A DNA stretch of 64,000 nucleotides from Eledone cirrhosa (GCA_964016885.1 OZ024742.1:291586001-291650000), one strand, 5' to 3'. Positions 24,862 to 40,985 are shown, counted from the stretch's first letter. Notes: generated from the sequence alone by a model not told the origin. Translations and numbers: made by a program.

Positions 24862-25552
24862 GATATATATATATTATATATATATATATATGATATATAT
24901 ATTATATATATATATATATATGATATATATATATTATATATATATATATATGATATATATATTATATATATATATATATATGATATATATATTATATATA
25001 TATATATATATGATATATATATATTATATATATATATATATGATATATATATATTATATATATATGATATATATATATTATATATATATATATATATTAT
25101 ATTAGAATAATCGAGTATCGAAAAATCAGCTCACGAATTTACGATAAACAAAATCCGACATGAGTGGCAGAGGGCTCAATAATTCAGATAAATCAGAGCT
25201 ATAACTATCGTTAAGATACCAACACACATAGATTATGCCTAAAATCACCCGTGCAGCCGAAAAATTACGACCAAGAAGATTCGGGTCACTCAGATAAAAT
25301 ATCAATAAATCAATAAATCATATGAATGTAAAAAGCTTACCCGGACCCACAAGAAAGGTGGTAAATCTAGCTTCTTGGGTTTCTGCTAATCCTTAATCCG
25401 CCCCCTATCAGCCCACATGAAAATATATAAGACTTCTAGGGAGAAGAGGGACCGGAATAACTTTATCAACGGGCCATTGTCCGACGAATGAAGAAATTAA
25501 CTAAGGCTAAACGCACATGGAGTCTAGCAAGGGAGATAACCTCTATATATAA

Positions 25553-25610
25553 CCTCTATATATTATATATATATATATGATATATATATATTATATATAT
25601 ATATGATATA

Positions 25611-25641
<31 letters not shown>

Positions 25642-26189
25642 GATATATATATATATATATGATATATATATATATATGATATATATGATATATATATATA
25701 TGATATATATATATATATATGATATATATATATGATTATATATATGTAATATATATGTATATATAATATATATCTATATATAATGTATATATATATATAT
25801 ATATGATATATGATATATATATATATGATATATATATATATGATATATATATATATGATATATATATATAATATATAATATATATATATATGATATATAT
25901 ATATATATATGATATATATATATATATATGATATATATATATATATATATATGATATATATATATAATGATATATATATCATATATATATGATATATATA
26001 TATATATGATATATAATATATATATATATAATATATATATATATATATGATATATATATATATATGATATATATATATATATATATATATGATATATATA
26101 TATGATATATATATATATATATATATGATATATATATATATATATATATGATATATATATATATATATATATGATATATATATATAGAT

Positions 26190-26220
<31 letters not shown>

Positions 26221-26348
26221 GATATATATATGATATATATATATATATATATGATATATATATACATATGATATATATATATATATATGATATATATATA
26301 CATATGATATATATATATATATATGATATATATATACATATGATATAT

Positions 26349-26400
<52 letters not shown>

Positions 26401-26414
26401 ACATATATATATAG

Positions 26415-26451
<37 letters not shown>

Positions 26452-26549
26452 ACATATATATATAGATATACATATATATATAGATATATATATATATATG
26501 ATACATATATATATAGATAGATATATATATATATGATACATATATATAT

Positions 26550-26590
<41 letters not shown>

Positions 26591-27122
26591 ATATATATAT
26601 ATGATACATATATATATAGATATATATATATATATATGATACATATATATATAGATATATATATATAGAGAGATATATATATAAATATATATATGATATA
26701 TATAGATATATATATAAATATATATATGATATATATAAATATATATATGATATATACAGATATATATATAGATATATATATGATATATAGATATATATAT
26801 ATAGATATATATATATATATGATATATATAGATATATATATATATATGATATATATATGATATATATAGATATATATATGATATATATAGATATATATAT
26901 GATATATATAGATATATATAGATATATATATGATATATATATAGATATATATATGATATATATATGATATATATATAGATATATATATGATATATATAGA
27001 TATATATAGATACATATATGATATATATATGATATATATATGATATATATATCATATATATATATATGATATATATATATGATATATATATATTGATATA
27101 TATATATATATATATATATATG

Positions 27123-27153
<31 letters not shown>

Positions 27154-27428
27154 ATATATATATGATTATATATTATATATATATATGATATATATATATG
27201 ATTATATATATCATATATATATATATGATATATATATATATATGATATATATATGATATATATATATATATGATATATATATATATGATATATATCATCA
27301 TCATCATCATCATTTTATGTCCGCTTTTCCCTGCTTGCAAGATATATATGATATATATATATATATGATATACATATCTGATATATATATATATATATAT
27401 ATGTATATCATATATATATGATATACAT

Positions 27429-27475
<47 letters not shown>

Positions 27476-27498
27476 TATCATATTATATATATATATAT

Positions 27499-27535
<37 letters not shown>

Positions 27536-27742
27536 TATGTATATCATATATATATATATATATATATATGATATATATATATGATATATATATATGATAT
27601 ACATATATGATATATATATATATATGTATATGATATATATATATATGTATATGATATATATATATATATGATATACATATATGATATATATATATATATA
27701 TATGATATACATATATGATATATATATATATATATATATATA

Positions 27743-27777
<35 letters not shown>

Positions 27778-28064
27778 ATATATATATATATATATATATA
27801 TGATATATATATATATGATATATATATATATGATATATATATATATGATATATATATATGATATATATATATATATATATGATATATATGATATATATAT
27901 ATATGATATATATATATGATATATATATATATATATGATATATATATATATGATATATATATATATATATATGATATATATATATATATGATATATATGA
28001 TATATATATTTATATATGATATATATATTTATATATATATATGATATATATATATATGATATAT

Positions 28065-28097
<33 letters not shown>

Positions 28098-28659
28098 GAT
28101 ACATATATATATATGATACATATATATATATAGATATATATATATATATATGATACATATATATATAAATATATATATGATATATACAGATATATATATA
28201 GATATATATATATATGTATAGATATATATATGATATATATAGATATATATATGATATATATGATATATATAGATATATATATAGATATATATATATGATA
28301 TATATAGATATATATATAGAGATATATATATGATATATATATAGATATATATGATATATATATGATATATATATAGATATATATATGATATATATATATG
28401 ATATATATATGATATATATATATATATATATATGATATATATATATGATATATATATATATATATGATTATATATATATATGATATATATATATGATTAT
28501 ATATATATATATATATGATATATATATGATATATATATATATATATATATATATGATATATATATATATATGATATATATATATATAACATGTATATATA
28601 TATATGATATATATATATATAATATGTATATATATATATGATATATATATATATGATAT

Positions 28660-28690
<31 letters not shown>

Positions 28691-28727
28691 GATATATATA
28701 TATATATGATATATATATATATGATAT

Positions 28728-28758
<31 letters not shown>

Positions 28759-28765
28759 GATATAT

Positions 28766-28796
<31 letters not shown>

Positions 28797-28975
28797 GATA
28801 TATATATATATATATATATGATATATATATGATATATATATATATATATGATATTTATATGATATCTATATATGATATATATATATATATATGATATATA
28901 TATATATGATATCTATATATGATATATATATATATATTATATATATATAATATATATATATGATATCTATATATG

Positions 28976-29028
<53 letters not shown>

Positions 29029-29073
29029 ATATATGATATCTATATATGATATATATATATGATATATATATAT
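25553..29073. repeat. Long degenerate (TA)n array with GA interruptions, containing a 45-bp SINE tail at 27296-27340
   Basis: tgatatatata units; catcatcattttatgtccgcttttccctgcttgcaag matches the SINE 3' end. Confidence 0.9.
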
Positions 29074-29741
29074 ATACGTGAACGGCAAAGCATAAACGAA
29101 CTAAGGAAAAAATTAGAGATAAGAGGGATCAGATGTTGTTTACTCGAGAGAAGGCTGCGTTGGTATGGACACGTGATGCGCATGAAAGTCGATAGCTGTA
29201 TTACAAAGTGCAGGGCAATAAAGATAGACGGTAGCCACGGAATAGGCAGACCTAGAAAAACATGGGATGAGCTGATAAACTCCGACCTCACACACTTACA
29301 CCTCTCCAAGACAATGTCACTGGACCGTGACCTTTGGCGGTACTCAGTAACAGAGAAGACCCGCCTTGCCAGTAGGCATATCTAACAAAATACACCCCTC
29401 CCGCCGCCACCCCCACCCCCATCCACACCACCCCGTTCTATGTAAAGTTATGTTGGTGCCGCGCCATCCAGGCCGAAACAAATGAGATCGTGTAGGTGTC
29501 ACGACAAAAAAACACACAGTCCACGCTGTAATGTGGCCGTGTAGGCAACACGGTAAAAACCTCCCAGACCCACACTGTAAATGTGGTTGGTGTTAGGAAG
29601 GGCATCCAACTGTAGAAAACCTGCCAGACAGTCCTATGCGAGCAAGACAATCACTCTTGCCTCAAGTGGGACTACCCCCGTCCAAACCCATGCAAGCGTG
29701 GAACACGGACGTTAAACGTTGATGATGATGATGATGATGAT
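29074..29741 (+). mobile_element. 5'-truncated RTE LINE 3' end
   Basis: RERQSINELRKK..RLRWYGHVMR..GRPRKTW, 3'UTR and (GAT)n tail. Confidence 0.9.
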
Positions 29742-29774
29742 ATATATGATATATATATATGATATAAATATATG

Positions 29775-29808
<34 letters not shown>

Positions 29809-29917
29809 TATGATATATATATATATATGATATATATATATATATGATATATATATATGATATATATATATATATGATATACATATATGATATATATATA
29901 TATATGATATACATATA

Positions 29918-29952
<35 letters not shown>

Positions 29953-30496
29953 ATATATATATATATATATGATATATATATATGATATATATATTTATAT
30001 ATATATATGATATATATATTTATATATATATATGATATATATGATATATATATGATATATATATTTATATATATATATGATATATATATTTATATATATG
30101 TATGATATATATATTTATATATATATATGATATATATATTTATATATATATATGATATACATATATGATATATATGTATGATATATATATTTATATATAT
30201 ATGATATACATATATGATATATATATATGATGTATATGTATGATATATATATATGGTATATATATATGATATATATGTATGATATATATATAAGATGTAT
30301 ATGTATGATATATATATATGGTATATATATATGATATATATGTATGATATATATATATGATATATATGTATGATATATATATATGATATATATATATGAT
30401 ATATATATATAGATATATATATGATATATATAGATATATATATGATATATGATATATATAGATATATATATGATATATATATATATGATATATATA

Positions 30497-30545
<49 letters not shown>

Positions 30546-30564
30546 TATATATATATATATATAT

Positions 30565-30764
30565 NNNNNNNNNNNNNNNNNNNNNNNNNNNNNNNNNNNN
30601 NNNNNNNNNNNNNNNNNNNNNNNNNNNNNNNNNNNNNNNNNNNNNNNNNNNNNNNNNNNNNNNNNNNNNNNNNNNNNNNNNNNNNNNNNNNNNNNNNNNN
30701 NNNNNNNNNNNNNNNNNNNNNNNNNNNNNNNNNNNNNNNNNNNNNNNNNNNNNNNNNNNNNNNN
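30565..30764. other. Assembly gap (200 N)
   Basis: Run of n characters. Confidence 1.
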
Positions 30765-32830
30765 TGTTTATAATAAACATTTTGAAGACCTAATCGCTAT
30801 AGAATAGAATACGTCACGTATTACAATTAGATTCTCGATAAAAGCAAGGGAAGTAAATCTACGCGTTTCATTCTTATTAGAAATCGTCAGGACTACATAT
30901 CCAGTGCTTTCATCGAGAATGACACAGCTAGAGACTTATAGAATACTTAGCTGTGTACAGGAACTGGTTTGAAAGAGCGGTTGCCGGTCCGGCAGAAATT
31001 AGAAATTGGAATAAATGCTCTGAAATAGCGATATATATGTGAATATAGACATAGAATATTCGAAAATATTCTGTATGTTTATAATAAACATTTTGAAGAC
31101 CTAATCGCTATAGAATAGAATACGTCACGTATTACAATTAGATTCTCGATAAAAGCAAGGGAAGTAAATCTACGCGTTTCATTCTTATTAGAAATCGTCA
31201 GGACTACATATCCAGTGCTTTCATCGAGAATGACACAGCTAGAGACTTATAGAATACTTAGCTGTGTACAGGAACTGGTTTGAAAGAGCGGTTGCCGGTC
31301 CGGCAGAAATTAGAAATTGGAATAAATGCTCTGAAATAGCGATATATATGTGAATATAGACATAGAATATTCGAAAATATTCTGTATGTTTATAATAAAC
31401 ATTTTGAAGACCTAATCGCTATAGAATAGAATACGTCACGTATTACAATTAGATTCTCGATAAAAGCAAGGGAAGTAAATCTACGCGTTTCATTCTTATT
31501 AGAAATCGTCAGGACTACATATCCAGTGCTTTCATCGAGAATGACACAGCTAGAGACTTATAGAATACTTAGCTGTGTACAGGAACTGGTTTGAAAGAGC
31601 GGTTGCCGGTCCGGCAGAAATTTCTAATTTCTGCCGGACCGGCAACCGCTCTTTCAAACCAGTTCCTGTACACAGCTAAGTATTCTATAAGTCTCTAGCT
31701 GTGTCATTCTCGATGAAAGCACTGGATATGTAGTCCTGACGATTTCTAATAAGAATGAAACGCGTAGATTTACTTCCCTTGCTTTTATCGAGAATCTAAT
31801 TGTAATACGTGACGTATTCTATTCTATAGCGATTAGGTCTTCAAAATGTTTATTATAAACATACAGAATATTTTCGAATATTCTATGTCTATATTCACAT
31901 ATATATCGCTATTTCAGAGCATTTATTCCAATTTCTAATTTCTGCCGGACCGGCAACCGCTCTTTCAAACCAGTTCCTGTACACAGCTAAGTATTCTATA
32001 AGTCTCTAGCTGTGTCATTCTCGATGAAAGCACTGGATATGTAGTCCTGACGATTTCTAATAAGAATGAAACGCGTAGATTTACTTCCCTTGCTTTTATC
32101 GAGAATCTAATTGTAATACGTGACGTATTCTATTCTATAGCGATTAGGTCTTCAAAATGTTTATTATAAACATACAGAATATTTTCGAATATTCTATGTC
32201 TATATTCACATATATATCGCTATTTCAGAGCATTTATTCCAATTTCTAATTTCTGCCGGACCGGCAACCGCTCTTTCAAACCAGTTCCTGTACACAGCTA
32301 AGTATTCTATAAGTCTCTAGCTGTGTCATTCTCGATGAAAGCACTGGATATGTAGTCCTGACGATTTCTAATAAGAATGAAACGCGTAGATTTACTTCCC
32401 TTGCTTTTATCGAGAATCTAATTGTAATACGTGACGTATTCTATTCTATAGCGATTAGGTCTTCAAAATGTTTATTATAAACATACAGAATATTTTCGAA
32501 TATTCTATGTCTATATTCACATATATATCGCTATTTCAGAGCATTTATTCCAATTTCTAATTTCTGCCGGACCGGCAACCGCTCTTTCAAACCAGTTCCT
32601 GTACACAGCTAAGTATTCTATAAGTCTCTAGCTGTGTCATTCTCGATGAAAGCACTGGATATGTAGTCCTGACGATTTCTAATAAGAATGAAACGCGTAG
32701 ATTTACTTCCCTTGCTTTTATCGAGAATCTAATTGTAATACGTGACGTATTCTATTCTATAGCGATTAGGTCTTCAAAATGTTTATTATAAACATACAGA
32801 ATATTTTCGAATATTCTATGTCTATATTCA
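30765..32830. mobile_element. Retrozyme-like tandem array, family C (311-bp unit), arranged as a palindrome about ~31620
   Basis: Unit starts at 30765, 31076 and 31387. Orientation flips at agaaatttct (31616-31625), followed by ~3.9 inverted units ending tattca-(TA)n. One HHR per unit. Confidence 0.88.
31730..31773 (+). ncRNA. Type I hammerhead ribozyme (family C). Further + copies at 32041, 32352, 32663; minus copies at 30853-30896, 31164-31207, 31475-31518
   Basis: gtagtc-CTGACGA-t-ttct-aata-agaa-t-GAAA-cgcg-TA-gatttac. Palindromic stem III ACGCGT with GTA site; extended stem ttctcgatgaaagca/tgcttttatcgagaa. Confidence 0.9.
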
Positions 32831-32869
32831 TATATATATATATATATATATAAATATATATATTTATAT

Positions 32870-32922
<53 letters not shown>

Positions 32923-32937
32923 AATATATATATTTAT

Positions 32938-33002
<65 letters not shown>

Positions 33003-33399
33003 AATATATATATTTATATATATATATATATAAATATATATATTTATATATATATATATATAAATATATATATTTATATATATATATATATAAATATATA
33101 TATTTATATATATATATATATAAATATATATATTTATATATATATATATATATATATATAAATATATATATTTATATATATATATTTATAAATATATATA
33201 TTTATATATATATATATAAATATATATATTTATATATATATATATAAATATATATATTTATATATATATATATAAATATTTATATATTTATATATATATA
33301 TATAAATATATATATTTATATATATATATTTATAAATATATATATATAAATATTTATATATATATATTTATATATATATATTTATATATATATATTTAT

Positions 33400-33537
<138 letters not shown>

Positions 33538-33589
33538 ATTTATATATATATATAAATATATATTTATATATATATATTTATATATATAT

Positions 33590-33656
<67 letters not shown>

Positions 33657-33670
33657 AATATATATATATC

Positions 33671-33717
<47 letters not shown>

Positions 33718-33727
33718 ATATATATCT

Positions 33728-33797
<70 letters not shown>

Positions 33798-33827
33798 ATA
33801 TATAAATATATATATATTTATATATAT

Positions 33828-33874
<47 letters not shown>

Positions 33875-33905
33875 AATATATAAATATATATATATTTATA
33901 TATAT

Positions 33906-33952
<47 letters not shown>

Positions 33953-33961
33953 AATATATAA

Positions 33962-33994
<33 letters not shown>

Positions 33995-34188
33995 AATATA
34001 TATATATATAAATATATATTTATATATATATATTTATATATATATAAATATATATATATATAAATATATATTTATATATATATATTTATATATATATATA
34101 TAAATATATATATATATTTATATATATATATATATATATAAATATATATATATAAATATATATATATAATATATATATATTTATATAT

Positions 34189-34236
<48 letters not shown>

Positions 34237-34331
34237 ATAAATATATATATATAAATATATATTTATATATATATATATTTATATATATATAAATATATAT
34301 ATATAAATATATATTTATATATATATATATT

Positions 34332-34364
<33 letters not shown>

Positions 34365-34387
34365 TTATATATTTATATATATATAAA

Positions 34388-34421
<34 letters not shown>

Positions 34422-34437
34422 ATATATATATATAAAT

Positions 34438-34551
<114 letters not shown>

Positions 34552-34634
34552 ATATATATTTATATATATATATTTATATATATATATTTATATATATATA
34601 TTTATATATATATATATTTATATATATATATATT

Positions 34635-34665
<31 letters not shown>

Positions 34666-34675
34666 ATATATATAT

Positions 34676-35271
34676 AACGATATTAAACAAATGGAAACTA
34701 TATTTATAAAACCATATTTATTTCGTTATATATATTTTTGGGATATCATATTAAAAATATGTTATGCCTTCCTCAGACAAAATACAATACATAAGCTGTT
34801 TTATAAATAATTAGTGACATACCTTTTGAGAATGCAACTTCCTTTAAAAAAAGTTGATTTGGTAGTGAAACTGTTATGATAGTTATATAGAAAGAAAACG
34901 AAGATGAGAAGAAGGTGAAGAGATGTATGTATCTCTTCACCTTCTTCTTCTCATCTTCGTTTTCTTTCTATATAACTATCATAACAGTTTCACTACCAAA
35001 TCAACTTTTTTTAAAGGAAGTTGCATTCTCAAAAGGTATGTCACTAATTATTTATAAAACAGCTTATGTATTGTATTTTGTCTGAGGAAGGCATGACATA
35101 TTTTTAATATGATATCCCAGAAATATATATAACGAAATAAATATGGTTTTATAAATATAGTTTCCATTTGTTTAATATCGTAAACCTACTCCAGAAACTG
35201 TCGAGTGCTTTTATATCAGTTATAAAATATTTACTCGTTGTAACCCAACAATCTTAAATAAAACTTTTGCA
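34676..35271. mobile_element. Inverted pair of Hydra-type pLTRs forming a hairpin, HHRs at 34719-34784 (-) and 35074-35139 (+)
   Basis: Centre aaggtgaagagat-gtatgt-atctcttcacctt. Plus HHR is CTGAGGA...GAAA-tatata-TA; the minus copy has GAAA changed to AAAA. Confidence 0.85.
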
Positions 35272-35279
35272 TATATATA

Positions 35280-35604
<325 letters not shown>

Positions 35605-35742
35605 ATATTTATATATTTATATATATTTATATATTTATATATATATATTTATATATTTATATATATATATTTATATATATATATTTATATATACAATATT
35701 AAATAAATGGAAACTATATTTATAAAACCATATTTATTTCAT

Positions 35743-35924
35743 GGATTGGCAGTATCGGTAGAGGGTCGGACGCCATGCTTTGACGCATAGAGTTACGGCC
35801 CTTGCCATACTGAGTTCAAATCCCGCCGAGGTTAACTTTGCCTTTCATCCTTAAGGGGTCGATAAAATAAAGTACCAGTAATGTACTGAGTAATTGCTGG
35901 CCTTGTGCCAAAAGTAGAAACAAT
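35743..35924 (+). mobile_element. tRNA-derived SINE (second family) inserted in a pLTR hammerhead
   Basis: tggcagtatcggtag (A-box-like), gagttcaaatccc (B box) and central gcctttcatcctt..ggggtcgataaaataaagtaccag. It splits tatttcat from tatatatatttcaggg. Confidence 0.8.
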
Positions 35925-38532
35925 TATATATATTTCAGGGATATCATATTAACAATATGCTATGCCTTCCTCAGACAAAATACAATATAAACAGTTTTAT
36001 AGATAAATAGATTCGACATACCGTAACAACATCTACTTGCATTTGAGAAGGTTGATTTGGTAGTGACAAAATTGTACACAGAGAGAAAGAAAGAGAGGGA
36101 GAAAGAGAGAAAAAGAGAGAAAAAAGGAAAGAAAGACAGAAAAAGAAGAAAAAGAAAAAGAAGAAATGCATGGAACAAAATAGAGAGATGGAAAGATAGA
36201 TAAAGAGAAGAACTTCATGTAAAGAAACAGAAAGAGATATATATATATATATAGAGAGAGGAAATAGAGATAGATACATATATATAGAAAGCTAGGTAGT
36301 GGGACGTCTGTTGAATAACGTATCAATGATACATTTATTTATTTATTTAGCTCTAGTATTAATGTAAGGGAGATATATGGAGGGAAAACCAGCTGTTATA
36401 TAGGGAGAGAAAAAATATAGAGAGAGAAAAAAAGAGAGAGAAAAAAAAATTCAAAAATATCCAGACACAGGCGAGGCGTAAAAACCTCTGTTTTAATGTA
36501 GAGGTATTAGTATTTACAAAACCAGCCTCTACATTGTAAATATCAGTATTCCTGAATGAGATATGTATCCACAATGTGTGAAAATTAATGATCTTATGTT
36601 TAGTGATAATTACAAACATCTATGTGAATGTACATGATCAATTCTGCAAACCCTAAGTTCACGGAAAGTATTCTCAATGCAGTATAAAAATTTAAGTATA
36701 CATATATGTGTATATAGAGTCAATATTACTATTTCTGTCTCTACTCTACAAGATTATCTATCAAGCAAAAATAGAGCAGATTTCAATATACTAATAAAAA
36801 TAAAAATATATCGGAAACAAAACTAAAAATAACAAAAAATAACAATAATAATAATAAGTAATAATAAAATAGAAAACTAAGAAATATTACGAAAGAATAT
36901 TACATATTAAAAATATTACATATTAAAAAATTTACATATTAAAAATATTAAAAATAAAAATATTAGGAAATACTACAATAATAAAAATAAAATAAACCAC
37001 AAAGATCAACCCTTCAAAATTAATTGACAATATATTGCCAAGTTCATTATAAACATCAGAGTCGAAAAACAGATAAAGCCAAAAATTATCTATCAAATCG
37101 CATCTAGCAAAGATCATTTCAAAAAGTATAGGATGCCCAATTTGGTCTACATGTGTTCTTATATTTAATATAGAAGTTTATCTAGTGTAACGTTTATTCG
37201 AAATATTTGGAGCATCAACTTTTAGGATAGCTTAATTTTTCATGAAGAATGTTTAAATAAATAAAATAAAAATAAAAAGAATAAAAAGAGAATCAAAGAT
37301 TTATCGGCTAGTTTCCCATATAATTATAAATCAAACTAAATATACTACATTTTAAATTTAAATTTATATTTAAACGTTGAGTTTAATCTATGTTTGCAAC
37401 AACTGAATAAATTTGTCCGTAGATTAAGGGAATTTTTAGATTTTAGTATAAAGAATATCACCTCTGCGCAGAGGTCACATGTCTCAGAGGATGAATTAAA
37501 AGGAATCCCTCTTGAGACTATATTCCAAGCCGTCGAATATCTAACGTTATCTAGCTTAAGTTGCCATAGTACGCCTGATAGTGCCGTTGAAGATTTTTTA
37601 CTTGGATCTGTGAAAGAATTCTTGTGGTTATTATAGCGAAGTTTAAATTCCGTCGATGTGGAACCGACGTAGTTAAAAGAATTAGAGTCAGTATTAACAT
37701 TACAATTGTATACTATATTTTAAACTAAGCAGTTGTTATTTAACGGACATTTAGATCTATCTCTACAGTTACATTTGTTAACTTGTATATTATTTATGCT
37801 GTTATCACTAGGTTTTAAGTTCCTATTATTTATTCTATTGATATTTTGTGCTAAATTTTTGGTGGATGAGTAGGTTAATTTAATTGTATGTCTATTGAAA
37901 ATTGAGTGCTATCTATGTGTTCTAGGGAAGCGATTATCAAGAGCTTTAAAAAATAGTTTAGCGATGTGGGTTTTAATGTTTAGTGAGAAAGGGGGGGCAA
38001 ACCAAATTATGTTCCTAGTTCTATTTCTTTTTTGGCCTTTGGAATTATTGTAATGCTTTCTATTATAGTTGTTAAGGATGTTGCCGTAATTAAAAAAGTT
38101 GTTACTTTGTTTAGTTTGTCTATCATTATCTATGTACACAATCTTATCAGCATATCCTGCTCTAGCTAATGCTTCATAAATAAATAAATAAATGTATCAT
38201 TGATACGTTATTCAACAGACGTCCCACTACCTAGCTTTCTATATATATGTATCTATCTCTATTTCCTCTCTCTCTATATATATATATCTCTTTCTGTTTC
38301 TTTACATGAAGTTCTTCTCTTTATCTATCTTTCCATCTCTCTATTTTGTTCCATGCATTTCTTCTTTTTCTTTTTCTTCGTTTTCTGTCTTTCTTTCCTT
38401 TTTTTCTCTCTTTTTCTCTCTCTTTCTTTCTCTCTGTGTACAATTTTGTCACTACCAAATCAACCTTCTCAAATGCAAGTAGATGTTGTTACGGTATGTC
38501 GAATCTATTTATCTATAAAACTGTTTATATTG

Positions 38533-38598
38533 TATTTTGTCTGAGGAAGGCATAGCTTATTGTTAATATGATATCCCTGAAATATATATAATGAAATA
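38533..38598 (+). ncRNA. Type I hammerhead ribozyme, PLE-2 5' pLTR
   Basis: tattttgt-CTGAGGA-aggcatag...atatccct-GAAA-tatata-TA-atgaaata. Confidence 0.85.
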
Positions 38599-38775
38599 AA
38601 TATGGTTTTATAAATATAGTTCCCATTTATTTAATATTGTAAATATACTCCAAATATTTGTCGAGTGCTTTTATATCAGTTATAAATATTTACTAGTTGT
38701 AACCCAACAATTTAAATATAACTTTCCATATATCTTGCTCCAATATTGTTGAGCGCTTTATATTATAACTGGAAA

Positions 38776-40985
38776 ATGGAATTCTTTAAGATTACTTCCT
38801 CTTTAAAAGACATACTTCTACCTAGAAACAAAGACTTTATAAAACAATTAATAGATAAATCTGACTCTTTTATAAGGAGAATCAGGTGGCGAGCATTCCA
38901 CTTTGATAAATCTAATACAAACGAAAATGTCTCGGACTTAAACAAAGTTTTCAAATCTAAAAGAAATCCACCCCCTAACAAACTTTTATCTGACTTTGAA
39001 AACGATATAATTTCTATCATACAAGGGGTCAAATTCAAGAGAAACTTCAAAGGCCAGGAATATCTGAAAGGCATTAAGGATAACATTGAGAGCTTAGAGA
39101 AAACTGAGAAGATCTTGGTGAAATCTGACAAGACCAACAACCTCTATGGAGTGCAGAAAGACATGTATAATGGCCTCATACTGAAAGAGCTGAGGAAAAA
39201 GTACAAGGTAGCAGATAAGGCCGAGCTTGAGAAAATGAATGTCGAAGCATCTTCTATAATGCACGAGTTGGAAATTGAGAACAGAACACAACCTTTCGTG
39301 CCCAGGAAACCGAAGATCAATATGAAAGATCACAAGCGGAATTTTGAAAATGACCTGCCAGTTAGATTGATCGCACCATCAAAATCGGACCTGGGCAAAT
39401 TAAGCAAAAACATTCTTGACAGGGTGATACAGCAAATTAAGAACTTGGATTGTTTATCTAACCTGAGCTTGTGGAAGGGAACTGGAGAGGTCGTTGAGTG
39501 GTTTAAGCAAATTAAATATAACAATAATAATAAGTTTATTCAACTTGATATAGCTAACTATTATTCTTCTATTACCCCTAATCTACTAAATAAGGCACTA
39601 AATTACGCATTCAAACATACTGACCTAACTAGCAATGAAATGCATATTATATTATCGGCTAGGAAAACTTTGATAGAATTTAATGACCAACTATGGACCA
39701 GAGCAGATAGAGATAGCAATTTTGACATTACTATGGGATCATCCGACTCAGCCCAGGTAACTGACCTTGTGGGTTTATTTTTAATCAATTCGCTACATAG
39801 GAAAATACCCGGTACTACCGGAGGTTTATATAGAGACGACATGCTTTTACTTATTGATAATAATAACTCTGAACTAAATAGAAAATGTAAACAAATTACA
39901 CAATTTTTTAATTACTTTAATCTTAAAATAGAAATTGAAAACAACCATAGAATAGTCAATTTCCTAGATATAACATTAAATCTCAACACATGTCTTCACT
40001 ATCCTTTTTACAAGTTGAATGAAAACTTAAACTATGTAAACTTTAACTCTAACCACCCCAGATCTGTCAAAAACACTATATATAGTAAACTCTGTCCCAA
40101 AACGTATCTCTAGGATCTCGTCGAATAGAAAGATTTTCGACGAAAAAACCCAATACTACAATGAAACATTAGCTAGAGCAGGATATGCTGATAAGATTGT
40201 GTACATAGATAATGATAGACAAACTAAACAAAGTAACAACTTTTTTAATTACGGCAACATCCTTAACAACTATAATAGAAAGCATTACAATAATTCCAAA
40301 GGCCAAAAAAGAAATAGAACTAGGAACATAATTTGGTTTGCCCCCCCTTTCTCACTAAACATTAAAACCCACATCGCTAAACTATTTTTTAAAGCTCTTG
40401 ATAATCGCTTCCCTAGAACACATAGATATCACTCAATTTTCAATAGACATACAATTAAATTAACCTACTCATCCACCAAAAATTTAGCACAAAATATCAA
40501 TAGAATAAATAATAGGAACTTAAAACCTAGTGATAACAGCATAAATAATATACAAGTTAACAAATGTAACTGTAGAGATAGATCTAAATGTCCGTTAAAT
40601 AACAACTGCTTAGTTTAAAATATAGTATACAATTGTAATGTTAATACTGACTAATTCTTTTAACTACGTCGGTTCCACATCGACGGAATTTAAACTTCGC
40701 TATAATAACCACAAGAATTCTTTCACAGATCCAAGTAAAAAATCTTCAACGGCACTATCAGGCGTACTATGGCAACTTAAGCTAGATAACGTTAGATATT
40801 CGACGGCTTGGAATATAGTCTCAAGAGGGATTCCTTTTAATTCATCCTCTGAGACATGTGACCTCTGCGCAGAGGAGATATTCTTTATACTAAAATCTAA
40901 AAATTCCCTTAATCTACGGACAAATTTATTCAGTTGTTGCAAACATAGATTAAACTCAACGTTTAAATATAAATTTAAAATGTAG
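38776..40985 (+). pseudogene. PLE-2 RT + GIY-YIG ORF with a 4-bp insertion (~40080), a stop (40616-40618) and a 2-bp deletion (~40651)
   Basis: KSDKT, PVRLIAP, QLDIANYYSSI, TMGSSDSAQ, GGLYRDD, NFLDITL, SNHP, CNCRDRSKCPLNNNC, YVGSTSTEFKLRYNNH, CDLCAEE, CCKH. Confidence 0.92.

Noticed and set aside
30765-32830. Possible CRISPR array or centromeric satellite
   Set aside because: There are no unique spacers and the context is eukaryotic. The hammerhead in each unit explains it better.
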